Shown here piece after piece: positions 48,501-60,500 of a DNA stretch of 64,000 nt; positions within the stretch are counted from its first letter, which is position 1, and the number at the start of each line of letters is the position of its first letter. Position numbers and translations under genes: made by a program. Source of the stretch: Klebsormidium nitens (lineage: Eukaryota > Plantae > Klebsormidiophyceae); the NCBI GenBank assembly GCA_000708835.1, contig DF237074.1:119849-183848 (forward strand), written 5' to 3'. Below the pieces are notes generated by a model, which saw nothing but the letters and a program-made list of their open reading frames with translations, did no database searches and had not been told where the DNA came from.

Positions 48501-51500
48501 ATGTGCGCCATTCCTCCGCTTTTCTACTCGCGTTCGCTTTTCCCGCGAACCCGGCCCAGGCACCACACTCTCTGACGCTTCCCCCGATGCTCATTCATTG
48601 TGTGAATGCTTTCAAGATTTCACTCTTCCGAAACCCTGAGTTCTCCCACTCTCTCCGACCAGGATGTTTGAGAACCGCGTGCCGCACATGCTGGAGCAGG
48701 ACTACGCGCCCAAGTCCGCGCTCGACATTTTCGTCAAGGACCTGGGCATCGTGCTGGGCGAGGCCAAGGGGCTCAAGTGGCCGCTGCCCCTCTCCGCCGC
48801 GGCGCACCAGCAATTTCTCGCAGGTAGGGCGAGCTGTTGCCTTTGAGTCTTAGAAGTAGGGTTTTTGCGTATGGGACGGCGGGTGGATAAATCCAACACT
48901 CGTGTTGGTACTGGTCCTTTCCTTAAAGTTCGAGGGAAGAAGCTCCGCAGATAGCTACGAGTAAGGATGAAGTGGTGACTCGTAAAGGGAGGGTCTGGGT
49001 TCCGAGAAGATATGAAGCGATGGTTTGTGAGAGACGGGGTTCTGCGATCCGCTGTTGGCAACACGGTCGCATTGTTAGAGCATTCCGGCACAGAGTGCTA
49101 CCAGTCTTTGGGCTGCGACCGGGACCCATATCTGGTCCGCCGTTTCAACCCTTCCAAAGAGCCTCCCAGTGGCGAACACCAGAACCCAGCCACCCGTATT
49201 GTAACCGGACCTTGAAAAGATCCAGCCATGGCGGTGGGTTCCTGATGGCAAGTGTCAAAAGCTTGAAGCTTTAAAACGCTGCTTGATGAGGGCGTTGGAT
49301 CTTGTATGCCCCACGTGGCAACGCGGCGACCTCAAGGCATGGGCTACAGCTTCAATGTCACCGACAAAAGTATGCCGTCATAGGACGGAAGGACCAAAAG
49401 TGCTGTGTACGGGCTTTTATGTCACCTTCCATGCCTTCTACAAAGGCACGTGGGCATTCTGGTGCAGGCTCTGCCGCGGGGCTTGGCCGAGAGGATGACG
49501 CAGGGGTAGTCAGGGTGAGCACGCTTCGTTAGCTGGACCCGTCGCTTAGAACCAGGACTGCTCGTGCAGTTGGGCTGCGCTCAAGCGCCACCTGGTGATC
49601 TGCGCCCTTGTTGACTCGTGAACGGTTGCGTCTGGAGAAATTTAGAGCATCTCTGCGCAAGAGAACGCACGTATTCTTCGCTTAATCACTAACATCTCTT
49701 TGTGAAGTATACATGGTTCAGTCAATGTCTTCGTCGGCCGGCGGATTTATTTGCAAGTTATCACCATCGTTTCAGTTCTTCAAGCTTTTATCTTTGAGAA
49801 GGGCGTCGTGGGAACCGTAACGGTGCGGCAACCAATCTGGTCCGTATGCCTATACACGAGTCACTGAACGCAGTACCACATTGTCGATACCACAGCAGAA
49901 TCTACTGCAGAGGGACCGCCACGGAACCACACGGTTATTTGCTTCCTTTAACCCAAACGCTTGTCGTTCCCCCAGGTCTTTGAGAAGCTATCCGGCGTTA
50001 GCGTGGCAGCCCCCAAGCCCCCCCGAGCGCCTCTCGCCCTCCCTCCCGCAGACCCAAACGCCCCCAAACCAGCGGTCGGGTTCATAGGCCTGGGCGCCAT
50101 GGGGGGTGGAATGGCCATCAACCTCGTCAAGACGGGCTTCCACGTCACCGGCTTCGATGTGAGTCCTGCTCGGTCCTCTCGCTTCGAGGATACTCTCACT
50201 TTTCAGATGCTCAGATGCGTTCTCTGCTTCACTTGTCATCGATTCCTGGAGGGTTGGAATACTGGTGGAATCAATCTTAAATGATACCGTTGAACAGTGG
50301 GGCCCCGGCATTCAACTTACCGCCTTGGTGGTCAATCCGCTCGCCTACTCTAATTTCCGTTGAGTAGTAGTCCCCGACGAAACGCTCCAGATGCGTGCTT
50401 ACGATAGTCGACTGTTATGACACAGGTTTACCCGCCTTCCGTGGAACGGCTGACGTCAGCCGGGGGTAGCGCCGGCAGCAGCCCTGCGGCAACCGCTAAG
50501 GGTGAGGCTCCTAGGCTGGTGCCATTCAGGCTTATCAGCGGCATCATTCGAAACTGCTGAAAACAGGGCCTCAAAGTATGGGCTGGTGTCAAGTCATCAG
50601 CCGAAGTCTGCTATTCGCCGGTTTTGCACACGATTGGACTGCCTGTTGCGCATTGTGAGGTTCTGGTGGTCTTTGCATCGCTTCGGGTGCAATCTTAAAT
50701 ACACACGGTCGTCGATCTGTTACGGGACCTTGTCCTTTTGCATCGAACATCTTTCTTCTTTTCACAGGCCAAGCCTGTGCTACCTTGTGTCTAAGCTAAC
50801 CGTGTCCATGTCGCTCTTAGCTTTGGAACCTTGCACTTCAACTCTCACACCGTTTTTTGAGGTCCACTTGTCTTTTTGAAATACTTGGGGCTCCCCTTAG
50901 ATCTTACCGTGTTCTTTCGCTCCAGTAACTTGAGAAGCCGAAAGCTCAACCAACAGACCTTAAGTAACTGAAAGCGCAACCAAAAGACCTTTAGTAATTG
51001 AAAACAACATCTGTTTTTCCGGACAGGCGCGGACGTTCTGGTGATCATGGTCACCAACTCGGACCAGGCGGAGGCGGTGCTTTTTGGAGAGGCGGGCGCC
51101 GTGCCGGGTAAGAATCTCGTTGTAAATTCAGGCTCTCGAGCCCCACACTCTACGGCCCACTATTCGTATACTTATGCGGGACCATTGGCGTGTTTCTCAA
51201 TGGTGACATGTTTGTTTGGAGCTTCGTGGCTGCATGATGATTGTGCACGGTTTCCTGAAAGGTACGACTCCTTGAGCTCGCGTTAAGGAAGTACCGGAGA
51301 GGCGGTAGACTATAGTGACCGTCTGGAATGGCAAAACATGCCAATCGAGCTGTTGAAAAAAGTTGCGCGTTTATGACCTGTCAACTCTCAGCGACCAGCG
51401 TTTTACAATCATTTATACATTGGGCTGTCCGGGAAAAGCGGCTTTCGGTTGCGAGGCAAAGAATTCAGCTCAGTGATTCCCGCTGATAATCGGGCGTCTG

Positions 51501-54500
51501 AAACCTGGTTAACTTTGTGCAGCCTTGTCGGATGGAGCGACGGTCGTGCTGTGCTCGACTGTACCCCCAGACTACGTGCGCAGCCTCACATCAAGGCTCG
51601 AAGGTGAGACGCCCTTCGTTCCCCTTTTTCCTTCGCTCGACACGTCTCCTTTTAACCATTTCGGACGGTCACGTCGCACTCCTGCGAGAGTCATGACGTC
51701 ATATGCAGGTGACGTTTGCAAACGGGACGGTTTCTCCCCCGTGCAGCGAAGGACGTGGGCTATTCGAATCTATTTTTCTAGAAGTGCGGTGCTGCGAGTC
51801 CGCAGATTTCATGACGTCACATGGCTTGCAGGTGACGTCATGAAAAGCGGGCGAGTCCTTCCGTGCAGGCGAAGGGCGCGGGCTGCGCCTGGTGGACGCC
51901 CCGGTATCGGGCGGCGTTGCAAAGGCGGCGGACGGCACGCTGACGGTGAGCCGCTCCCTGCTTTTGGTCTTCCAGCTTGTAGAATCTTCGATCTTCGACC
52001 TTCTGTTTTAGAGCTGGAGAAAGTTTTTGATCTTGCCTGCTCATCATTGCGTTGACGAATGTACCCTTAGGGGGTACGGGGTGCACCAAGATCAATACTC
52101 GGTACGAAGTGCAAGTTTCTTCTGAGTTGGGTTGTAGTGATCCGGCAGACTGTACTGCGCAGCAGCCTAGCAGTCAGCAACGGGACCAGAAGCTCGCCAA
52201 GATCATCTGAAAGCGGGTTTGAGGTCCATACGGACCTAGTCCAAGGAGCGTGCAAAGTCGCCGGAAAACAACGCGGGCACTCAGCAGAAGCGTTGCACGC
52301 CATCTGGTCTCTGACTGACCGTCGAAAGCGCCCGTCTGCTGCAGATAATGGCCGCTGGCTCCGACGACGCCCTCGCAGGCGCCGCTTCCGTGCTGCGAGG
52401 TGGGGTCTGCGATGACCTTCGCTGGGTCAGAGCCGCGTGCCTCAATGGCTTTGTTGCACTCAGCAGACGAGCACACATAGGCGGACGATGCCGTATGAAT
52501 CGGCTACTCTTTTCACTTTGCTTTCCAAGAGTAAGAGTAAATTTCATTGGAGTGCGCTCAAGCTATGACCTCTTTAGAGATTTGTCGACGCTATACCGCG
52601 AAACGAATAGCAGCGCTTTTCGGTGGCATTGCTGCCTGCTTCTCCCCGAGTCCCGTCTACGGTAAGAATCTCAGCGGGTTGGAGAGAGTCTCTTTCCGAG
52701 TATCGCGATTAGTACCCGTTGAATTCCAACGCGGGTTGCTTGTGCAGCCATGAGCGAGAACCTGTACGTCATCCCCGGTGGGGCGGGAGCCGGCAGGTAA
52801 GGCCTCTCGTTCTGGCTCCCTCTTACGGGATATCTAGACAGCCCACTCAGAGAGCATCGAAGCAGAGAAATGAAGCGTGGAGCCCCGGACGCTCTTCTCC
52901 TGCTGCCATTTCTAGAAACATTCATTGCGAGCTCTAAAATCATAAAAGCCTAAAGCCAAATTGAAACCCGGTCCGCCAATGCAGCAGTACATCCCTCTTC
53001 AGTGCTGACCATCCGTTGCGTGCGCCATAGCCTCATCCTTATCGACTCAGAGCTCAGTCGAAAAAGCTGACGTGAGCGGACACATCAGCAGCTTTTACGG
53101 GAAGGCAGAGTCTCGAGCCTAGTGCGCGACTCGCCTGAGCTTCGTCTACCTTTGCTCGCACTAACATGCGAAGAGCTCAATCAGCTCTGCAAAGTTTATT
53201 GCCTTGCATCCGCGTCGCCGCTGGATCTCACGAAAATGTAGAAGACGCAAACGTTCTTGCCGGGTCGCAAGCCAGAAACCTCTTCTCTAACTCACACGCG
53301 TCTTCACTAAACCAGCGGTTCTCTTTTCCGCTGCAGCAACGTGAAGATGGTGAACCAGCTGTTGGCGGGCGTGCACATCGCGGCCGCGGCCGAGGCGGTC
53401 GCGCTCGGCGCGCGAGCGGGGCTTGACACGCGGCTGCTGTATGACATCATCAGCAAGGCCGCCGGCAGCTCCTGGTGAGCGCCGTGGCTCTTGCCGCTGA
53501 CGTCATGCTGGTGGTCTTCGTGGGGATGCAAGAACGCTCTCTTGGTTTTCTTGACAAGAGGGAATCTCGGTAGAGAACTCGGAGAGCAGCCGAGTTAGAG
53601 CCCCGGGGAGACTGGGAGGCGAGCCTTCGATGATCTGTTTTCTACATTTCGTACTCATTGCGTATCATGTTACCGTAGAAGCAATCAGCGAGCCCGATTG
53701 CCGCTCACTGAGGTCATGCGTGCTTTCGGATCATCTCTTGCTTCCGGATGCCAAAGGTTCTCGACTCACCTTTCGCAGGATGTTCGTGAACCGCGTGCCC
53801 CACATGCTGGACAACGACTACACGCCCAAGTCCGCGCTCGACATCTTCGTCAAGGACCTCGTGAGTGCGACACGTGTTGCTCCCTCCGCTCCTGAAAGAT
53901 GGCATCGTACCGCGTGGCTCCGCGGCGGCCCCTTCGCAGATAATCTGGTCCTTGTGTCTCCAAGAATCGAAGCACGTGGTACCGGATCTAGCGATCCGAA
54001 ATGCGGGCATACGGGCCACGTGGTCGCCGAGGCGTTACGGGTCACACGACGCCCCCTTAAAGCGATTGGCGTGGTCCCCAGACGCGCTGCTTTGAATCTA
54101 TATTAGTTCTTGAAATCAGCTTTCTTCAACTCTCTTTCTTTGCTTTCCCTTTTCCACGAAAGAGGAGGAACTTGCGTCCCGCACTGCCTTGAGAAGGACA
54201 GAGATCATCACGGGCCCATTTTTGAAAATCTTGCCGGATCCTTTCCACAAAGGCGCATTCAACCGTTGGGATTGCACCTGTTTGCACCTCTATCAGTTCG
54301 AAGCCCGAAGCTTATAACCCTTGCCAAAGCTTGCTCATCGTTGCAGGGCATCGTTTTGGGCGAGGCCAAGAGCCTCAAGTTTCCGCTGCCGCTGGCTGCC
54401 CAAGCCCACCAGCTGTTCCTCCTCGGTAAGCCTGTCTAGAGTTCCCAGCTGTTTCTTTGACCTTGTATCTCTGAGGAGCCTTCATTTTTTTGACCCCCCA

Positions 54501-57500
54501 TTAGCAGTGGTCATTCATATTTAAGGAACTCTCGCCGTTACGTTTGCGCTCGGCTTCGAATGTACTTGTCTGCTTCTGAGGTGCCTTCCCTGTCAGAGCC
54601 ATGCTGCTATCGAGTGCACATATTGGAGATCGCAACAAGTTTGCCGTCACTTTGCCGGGCCACGCACGCTTTCGACTTTCCAAACGATTTATACGCCTGC
54701 CAAAATACCAGAGTGCGCCTGAGGACACCTCTAGTACGCGGCTGAAACTCCTCGGCTGTGTGGCTTGCGGTGTTGGCCCTACATGTGGTTTCAAGGTCGT
54801 AAGGCTTCGGTATAGCAGGCCCGCCCGGCGGCAGGTGACACGTGGCTCTTTCCCGTTGGCTGCAGGCTCTGCTGCTGGCTTCGGACGGGAAGACGATGCT
54901 GCTGTTGTCAAGGTACGTCATCGCCGGACATGTGGTTGAGCTGGGTCTGAACTCAGCAGCTTCGGCTGTAAGAAGTGTATAGCGAGCATCAAGTGTAGGT
55001 CTTCTGACCTTCCCATGTATAGTGTGTGGTCTTCTAATCTTCTCCGCATTGACCGGGGCCTCCAGGATGAAGCTTCTTGTGCATGCTTCCGCCCAGTCCT
55101 TGTACAAAGACGACCCGTGCAACATCCAGCGGCCAACAAGCATTCGTCATGGCCGTCAGAAGAACCACTGTCGTGTTCTGCTCCAAGTCACGGAGTGTAA
55201 GGCTTGGCCGCTTTTTTCTACTGTACAGGTCTACGAGAAGCTCGCCGGCGTTTCAGCCGCGGCTCCCCTCCCATTAAACCCCTCAAACCTCGCCGCCGCT
55301 CCGTCTTCTTCCCCCTCGTCAACGCCGACTCTTTCCCTCCAAGCCACGCTCGCCGCGCTGCCTCCGGAATGGCCGGAGGACCCCCTTCCGGAAATCCAGG
55401 AAGCGGTCGGGGCCAAGAACCGGGCACGGCCAGTCATGGTGGTGTTAGACGACGACCCGACCGGGACGCAGACCGTGCACGGGGTGGCAGTGCTGACGGA
55501 GTGGAGCGTGGAGAGTCTGACGGCGGAGCTGGCGGGCCGGCCGCCGTGTCTATTCGTGCTCACGAACTCACGGGCGTTGCATACCGATGAGGTGAGTGCT
55601 TTTTGGAGGCTTGCAACGTCTTGAGTGTTGGACTTTTCGGTTTTTAGGGCGAAGCTTCGTTTGGATGAAGCAGGGTTGGGGCTCTGTATCCGTCGGCACC
55701 AGAATCTTTTCAACGGATGGACAATAGCTTGTTTTTTCAACGGAAGGACAACAGCTTGTTTTGGCAGGGCAGAACGGAAGGGGCCAGGTCATTCTCTCAG
55801 TTTCGAGGCCAGCCGATACAACTTCTTTCGCTTGCCAATCCTCAAAAGGTCAGCAATTGGGCACTTTCCTCTTCCAATCACCCAAGAGGAGCTTCAAGAT
55901 AAACTCATTCTTTTGCGCTTCTGGCAAACGCGATTCAACGCTTCCTTCGCCCTTCCTCAGGCCGCGGCGCTGACCAGCGAGATCTGCCGCAACCTGGTCG
56001 CGGCTGCCGACGCGGCAGGGCACCTGCCTTTCACGGTGGTGCTACGTGGCGACTCCACGCTGCGCGGGCACTTCCCGCAGGAGCCCGAGGCGGCCGCCGC
56101 CGTGCTCGGAGAGACGGACGCGTGGCTGCTCGCGCCGTTCTTCCTGCAGGGGGGCCGGTACACCATCGGCGACGTGCACTACGTGGCGGACGGGGATAGG
56201 TGAGGGGCATGTTTTTATAAATGTTGTTGTTTCGGGGGAGGGGGTTTAGGATTTGGGGCGATGGACGTGTGGCTGCTCGCGCCGTTCTTCCCGCGGGGGG
56301 GGCATTACTTGATCGGCGACGTGCACTACTTGGCGGATGGGGACAGGTACAGAACAATCTCTCGTTTGCTCTTTGTACCATTCTCTTTTTTCCAAACGAA
56401 TGTCGCTCATGACGCGACTCAGTGTGGCTGCTCGTTTCTCTTTTATGCTAAAAGGGGAGGGTGGTACGCTCATTCATAGATTATCGGTGACCTAGATTGT
56501 AAGAAGGCCCGCTAACAGGAAAGGATGTCTGGTTGAGTTGGCTCTGCTTTTGCGGTTCCTCCAGCAACACATTTGTAACATACAGCTGGGGTCTTCCAAG
56601 GCAGTCGGGATCCGGAAATGGGGAGCACTGCAAAGATAAAGTCATGATGCTGTCCATCAATATGGTCAGATGCTGACTGTTGCGCCTTTCAGGATAAAGG
56701 CACTTTCTAATAAAGTGCTCGCTCGCATTCAGGAGCTGTCCCTAATCGGTGGTTTGCTCGTAATGTATTGGATACTGTGCTTTCGTAGACAACCATGGTT
56801 GCAAACGCGGTAATTCAAGTGGGCGCTTCGCGCTCTTATAAACTAACTTTGCTTCCTGCGTTCCAGGCTGGTCCCGGCGGGGGAGACCGAATTTGCCAAG
56901 GACGCCGCGTTTGGGTACCGATCTTCCAATTTGAAGGAGTGGGTGGAGGAGAAGACCGGGGGACGGATGACGATAGCCAATGTGGCATCCGTCTCACTCG
57001 AGACAATACGGCAGGGAGGGCCAGAGGCGGTGGCCAAAGAGCTCTTGAGTCTGAAGAAGGTAGGTTCGGGGGCAATTGGTTGCTTCTTTTGAAAAATTGG
57101 TTCAAGAAATCCTTGCGAGGGCAGTGTGAAAATTTCGTCGGCATGAGCTAGAGCATCGCGAACAACTTACCGGGGTCACACATTTCAGCTTGGCCCTTTT
57201 CTAAAAGCCTTTGTAACATGACCTCCTCCTGTCTGCAATCTAGTCAGCATCTAGTGCTCCGAATATTAAGACATTGGATGCAAGAGCCGGTGTTGAATCC
57301 AGACGGTCACCTACGAGGCGCACTGCGCATGGTCAACGCGCGTCGCTGCGGTGGCGTTGCCTTCATCCACATGACCATGCGCCATTTTTTCTACTCACCT
57401 GCTACCCCTTGGAAAAGTTGCTTCATTGTGAGGAATCTGCCCTCCCTCAGGGCGCTGTGTGCGTGGTTAACGCCGCGTCCGAGCGCGACATGCGCGTCTT

Positions 57501-60500
57501 CGCGGCCGGGATGCTCCGCGCCGAGGCCGCCGGGCGCCGTTTCCTCTGCCGGACGGCCGCCGCGTTCGTGTCCGCATCCGCGGGGATCGAGCCGCGGCCG
57601 CCGCTCGGCCCCGCCGATCTGAAAGTGACCAGAAAGTCGTGCCGGGGGCATGGGGGCCTGATTGTGGTCGGGTCGTACGTGCCCAAAACGACTGCGCAAG
57701 TTGAGGAGCTGCTGCGGCTGCGGGGAAACGAGCTGGAGCAGCTGACGGTGAGTGAGGGGGGGGGGATGGAAATGATTCTTTTGCTCGCGTGCTGAGAGCG
57801 CCGTTTTTCGTGCACTACTTGGACATAGGCTGTCTGCGAACGTCAACGAGGAAGCTCCGTTTGCCAAGGATGGAAAGAGCTTTGGAATGACCACGGGAAG
57901 TGGTTCCCGGTTCCGCTTGGGAGCGCTCTTGTCGAACAGCGCTCTACTGAATGCACTAGCAGCCTGCCAACGTTGGAACGGGACACCGTAAACGTTCTGG
58001 ACCGTCCACGTGTCCAGGTGTCCGTTGCGGCGGTTGCGTCCGACGACGCCGCCGTCCGAGAAGAGGAGATTGCACGCACCGTGCGGCGCACGGAGGCGGC
58101 CCTGCGCAGCGGCCGGGACACGCTTATCATGACGAGCCGCAAGTTGGTGACCGGCACGAGTGAGTGGCCGGAAGAGCGGTGTCATGCTTACGTCGGTATC
58201 AATGGTCGATGCGGTGGAGTTCTGTAGGGCCGGCAGACCTAGTAGATCCTGCTGCGTCTTTCTTGTGGTCCAGATTGTCAAGGTATCTCTGGAGTCAGAG
58301 TCCCGATTCAGATTTGGTATGGTCATCAAGATCCCCAGGGTCACTATACGGGCCGACGGGCCGGCTATATCTCCAGGCAAGCGTTTGAGGTGTCCTGAGT
58401 TCTGCGTTCCGGTTGTCTGTGGACCCCTTTATTGGTTTTTATTGCGGCTTTCCACGAACAGCAGTGCTTTGCATCCCTTTCCAGGATTCGAAAGGAATGG
58501 CGCTTCGGTGGCGAAGCGCAAAGCACCTCTCATACGGGCCGTCAGATCCGTTGAAAGACAGGACACTGCTTCCTGAAGGCATGTCAACGTATTGATTCTT
58601 CCCTCGACTCAAAAGTCCGAGCCCGACTGTTCCTTGACGCTGCATCCCCTCGTGTGGTCCGCAGATGCGGCGTCGAGCCTCGCAATCGGCGGCCGCGTCA
58701 GTTCGGCGGTGGTCGAGATCGTGCGGCGGATCCAAGTCGAGCCGCGCTATCTTCTGGCGAAGGTAACGCCCCCGCACAGCTTTGAAAGAACAGCTTTCTG
58801 CTCTTCGGAGGGGTTCACATTTTGTGTTCGGACCGCGTAAGCTAGTCAGTCTCCTTTACGTTGCGCTACTTACGGCCAGCAGCCGAAAAGAAGATGAAAT
58901 GAGTGTCTTCTGGAGGTTTGGAAGAGATGTGTGTCTCCTGCTTCTGGCTCCTTCGTGGCATGATTGGTTCGCCCCATCTTTAAGTCGCTAGGCGATTCAT
59001 AAGATGGTAATCTCTACATCTGGAAAAGAGAGCCTGTCGCTGTCAGTTGTACTGGTTGAAACGACGTGCCGCGTCAAAGCAGTAGACCATTCAAGAGAGC
59101 GACTGGACCGTCCCCTTTCGCACGTTCCCGCTGCGAAACTGTCTCAAAGATTTCATTACTTTTCTGTCAGGGCGGCATCACTTCCTCCGACCTGGCCGTA
59201 AAAGCGATGGGCGCCACGCGGGCGGAGGTCGCCGGGCAGGCCCTCCCGGGCGTGCCCCTCTGGCGGCTGGGGCCCGGGAGTCGGTACCCCGGGGTGCCTT
59301 ACATCGTCTTCCCGGGTGAGCAACCCCGAGATCTTTCAACCTGACAACCCCGAAACCCTGAAGCCGACATTTCGAAAGGGCGTCGAAGGAGTCAACTTCG
59401 GGAGTGCTACACCTGCAGTAGGGTCTGACTCGCCCCTTCTCAATCGTTCCTCTTACAACGTTGGCAACGTCGGCGGGAAGGGCTCCATTGATCGGGTCGT
59501 AACCACGTGCATGGGCTCCGCCCCCGACCCCCGACCACTTCCAGCTTGCTATGAGAGGCCTGCCAATCCCATAACCCTAATCCCGTAGAATGGCAAAACT
59601 CTAAAACCCCGGTCTCCTCTTTCAGGCAACGTCGGCGGAAAGGACGCCATCGCACAGGTGGTGGCCACGTGGGCTCTGCCCCCCGCCCCGACCACCTCCG
59701 GCCTGCTGGAGAGCGCCCGGGAGGGCGGGTATGCGGTCGGGGCGTTTAATGTGTACAACCTGGAAGGCGTCGCGGCGGTGGTGGCAGCGGCAGAGGCTCT
59801 CCAGAGCCCGGCGATATTGCAGGTGAGGCGTGGGAGGAAAAGCGTTTTGGGTCTGATTAGAGTCTGCTGAGCTCGGGGCTGAGAGTCGCAGTCCTTGGAC
59901 GAGGGGGAGTTGAGGCTGTGGTTCCTGAGTGAGTCGGCACAGGGCGGGTTAAGTTGCGGGGTTAACCAGGGGGTGGAAGCATTTGGTCGTCAGGATTCCT
60001 TTTTGGGTCTTCTTAGAAACAGTCGATCTGCTTGAAAGCCCACAGCGTTCAGCGAGGAAATGAACGAATTTGTCGCCCGAGCTTGCAGTAACTCGACTCG
60101 TCTCGTCGGCTTGCCAGTCTTGGGCACAGCCTTTCAAAGACCCAAGCGCGCGGATGAGGAGAGGTCCTGTGTTCGTGACACATGGGTTGGAACGTTGATT
60201 CTGTGGGTCCAATTTCGACAACTTCCGCTGTCTGGCCTCCGATCCGAATACAACGTTCATTTTTCACAGACTTCACCCATCCGCTGATCTTCTTGACAAT
60301 GACCTCTACACAAAGAGCCAGCGGCCAACATAAGTTCCCCGGCTTCGTTCCGTTCCATTTGTATTCCTGTGACTCCTCAAATGCCCCAACGCTTCTTCCT
60401 CCTCCTCAGATCCACCCCGGTTCCTTGGACCACGGCGGGCGGCCCCTCGTTGCGTGCTGCCTGGCGGCCGCCCGGGATGCGGCAGTGCCGATCACGGTGC

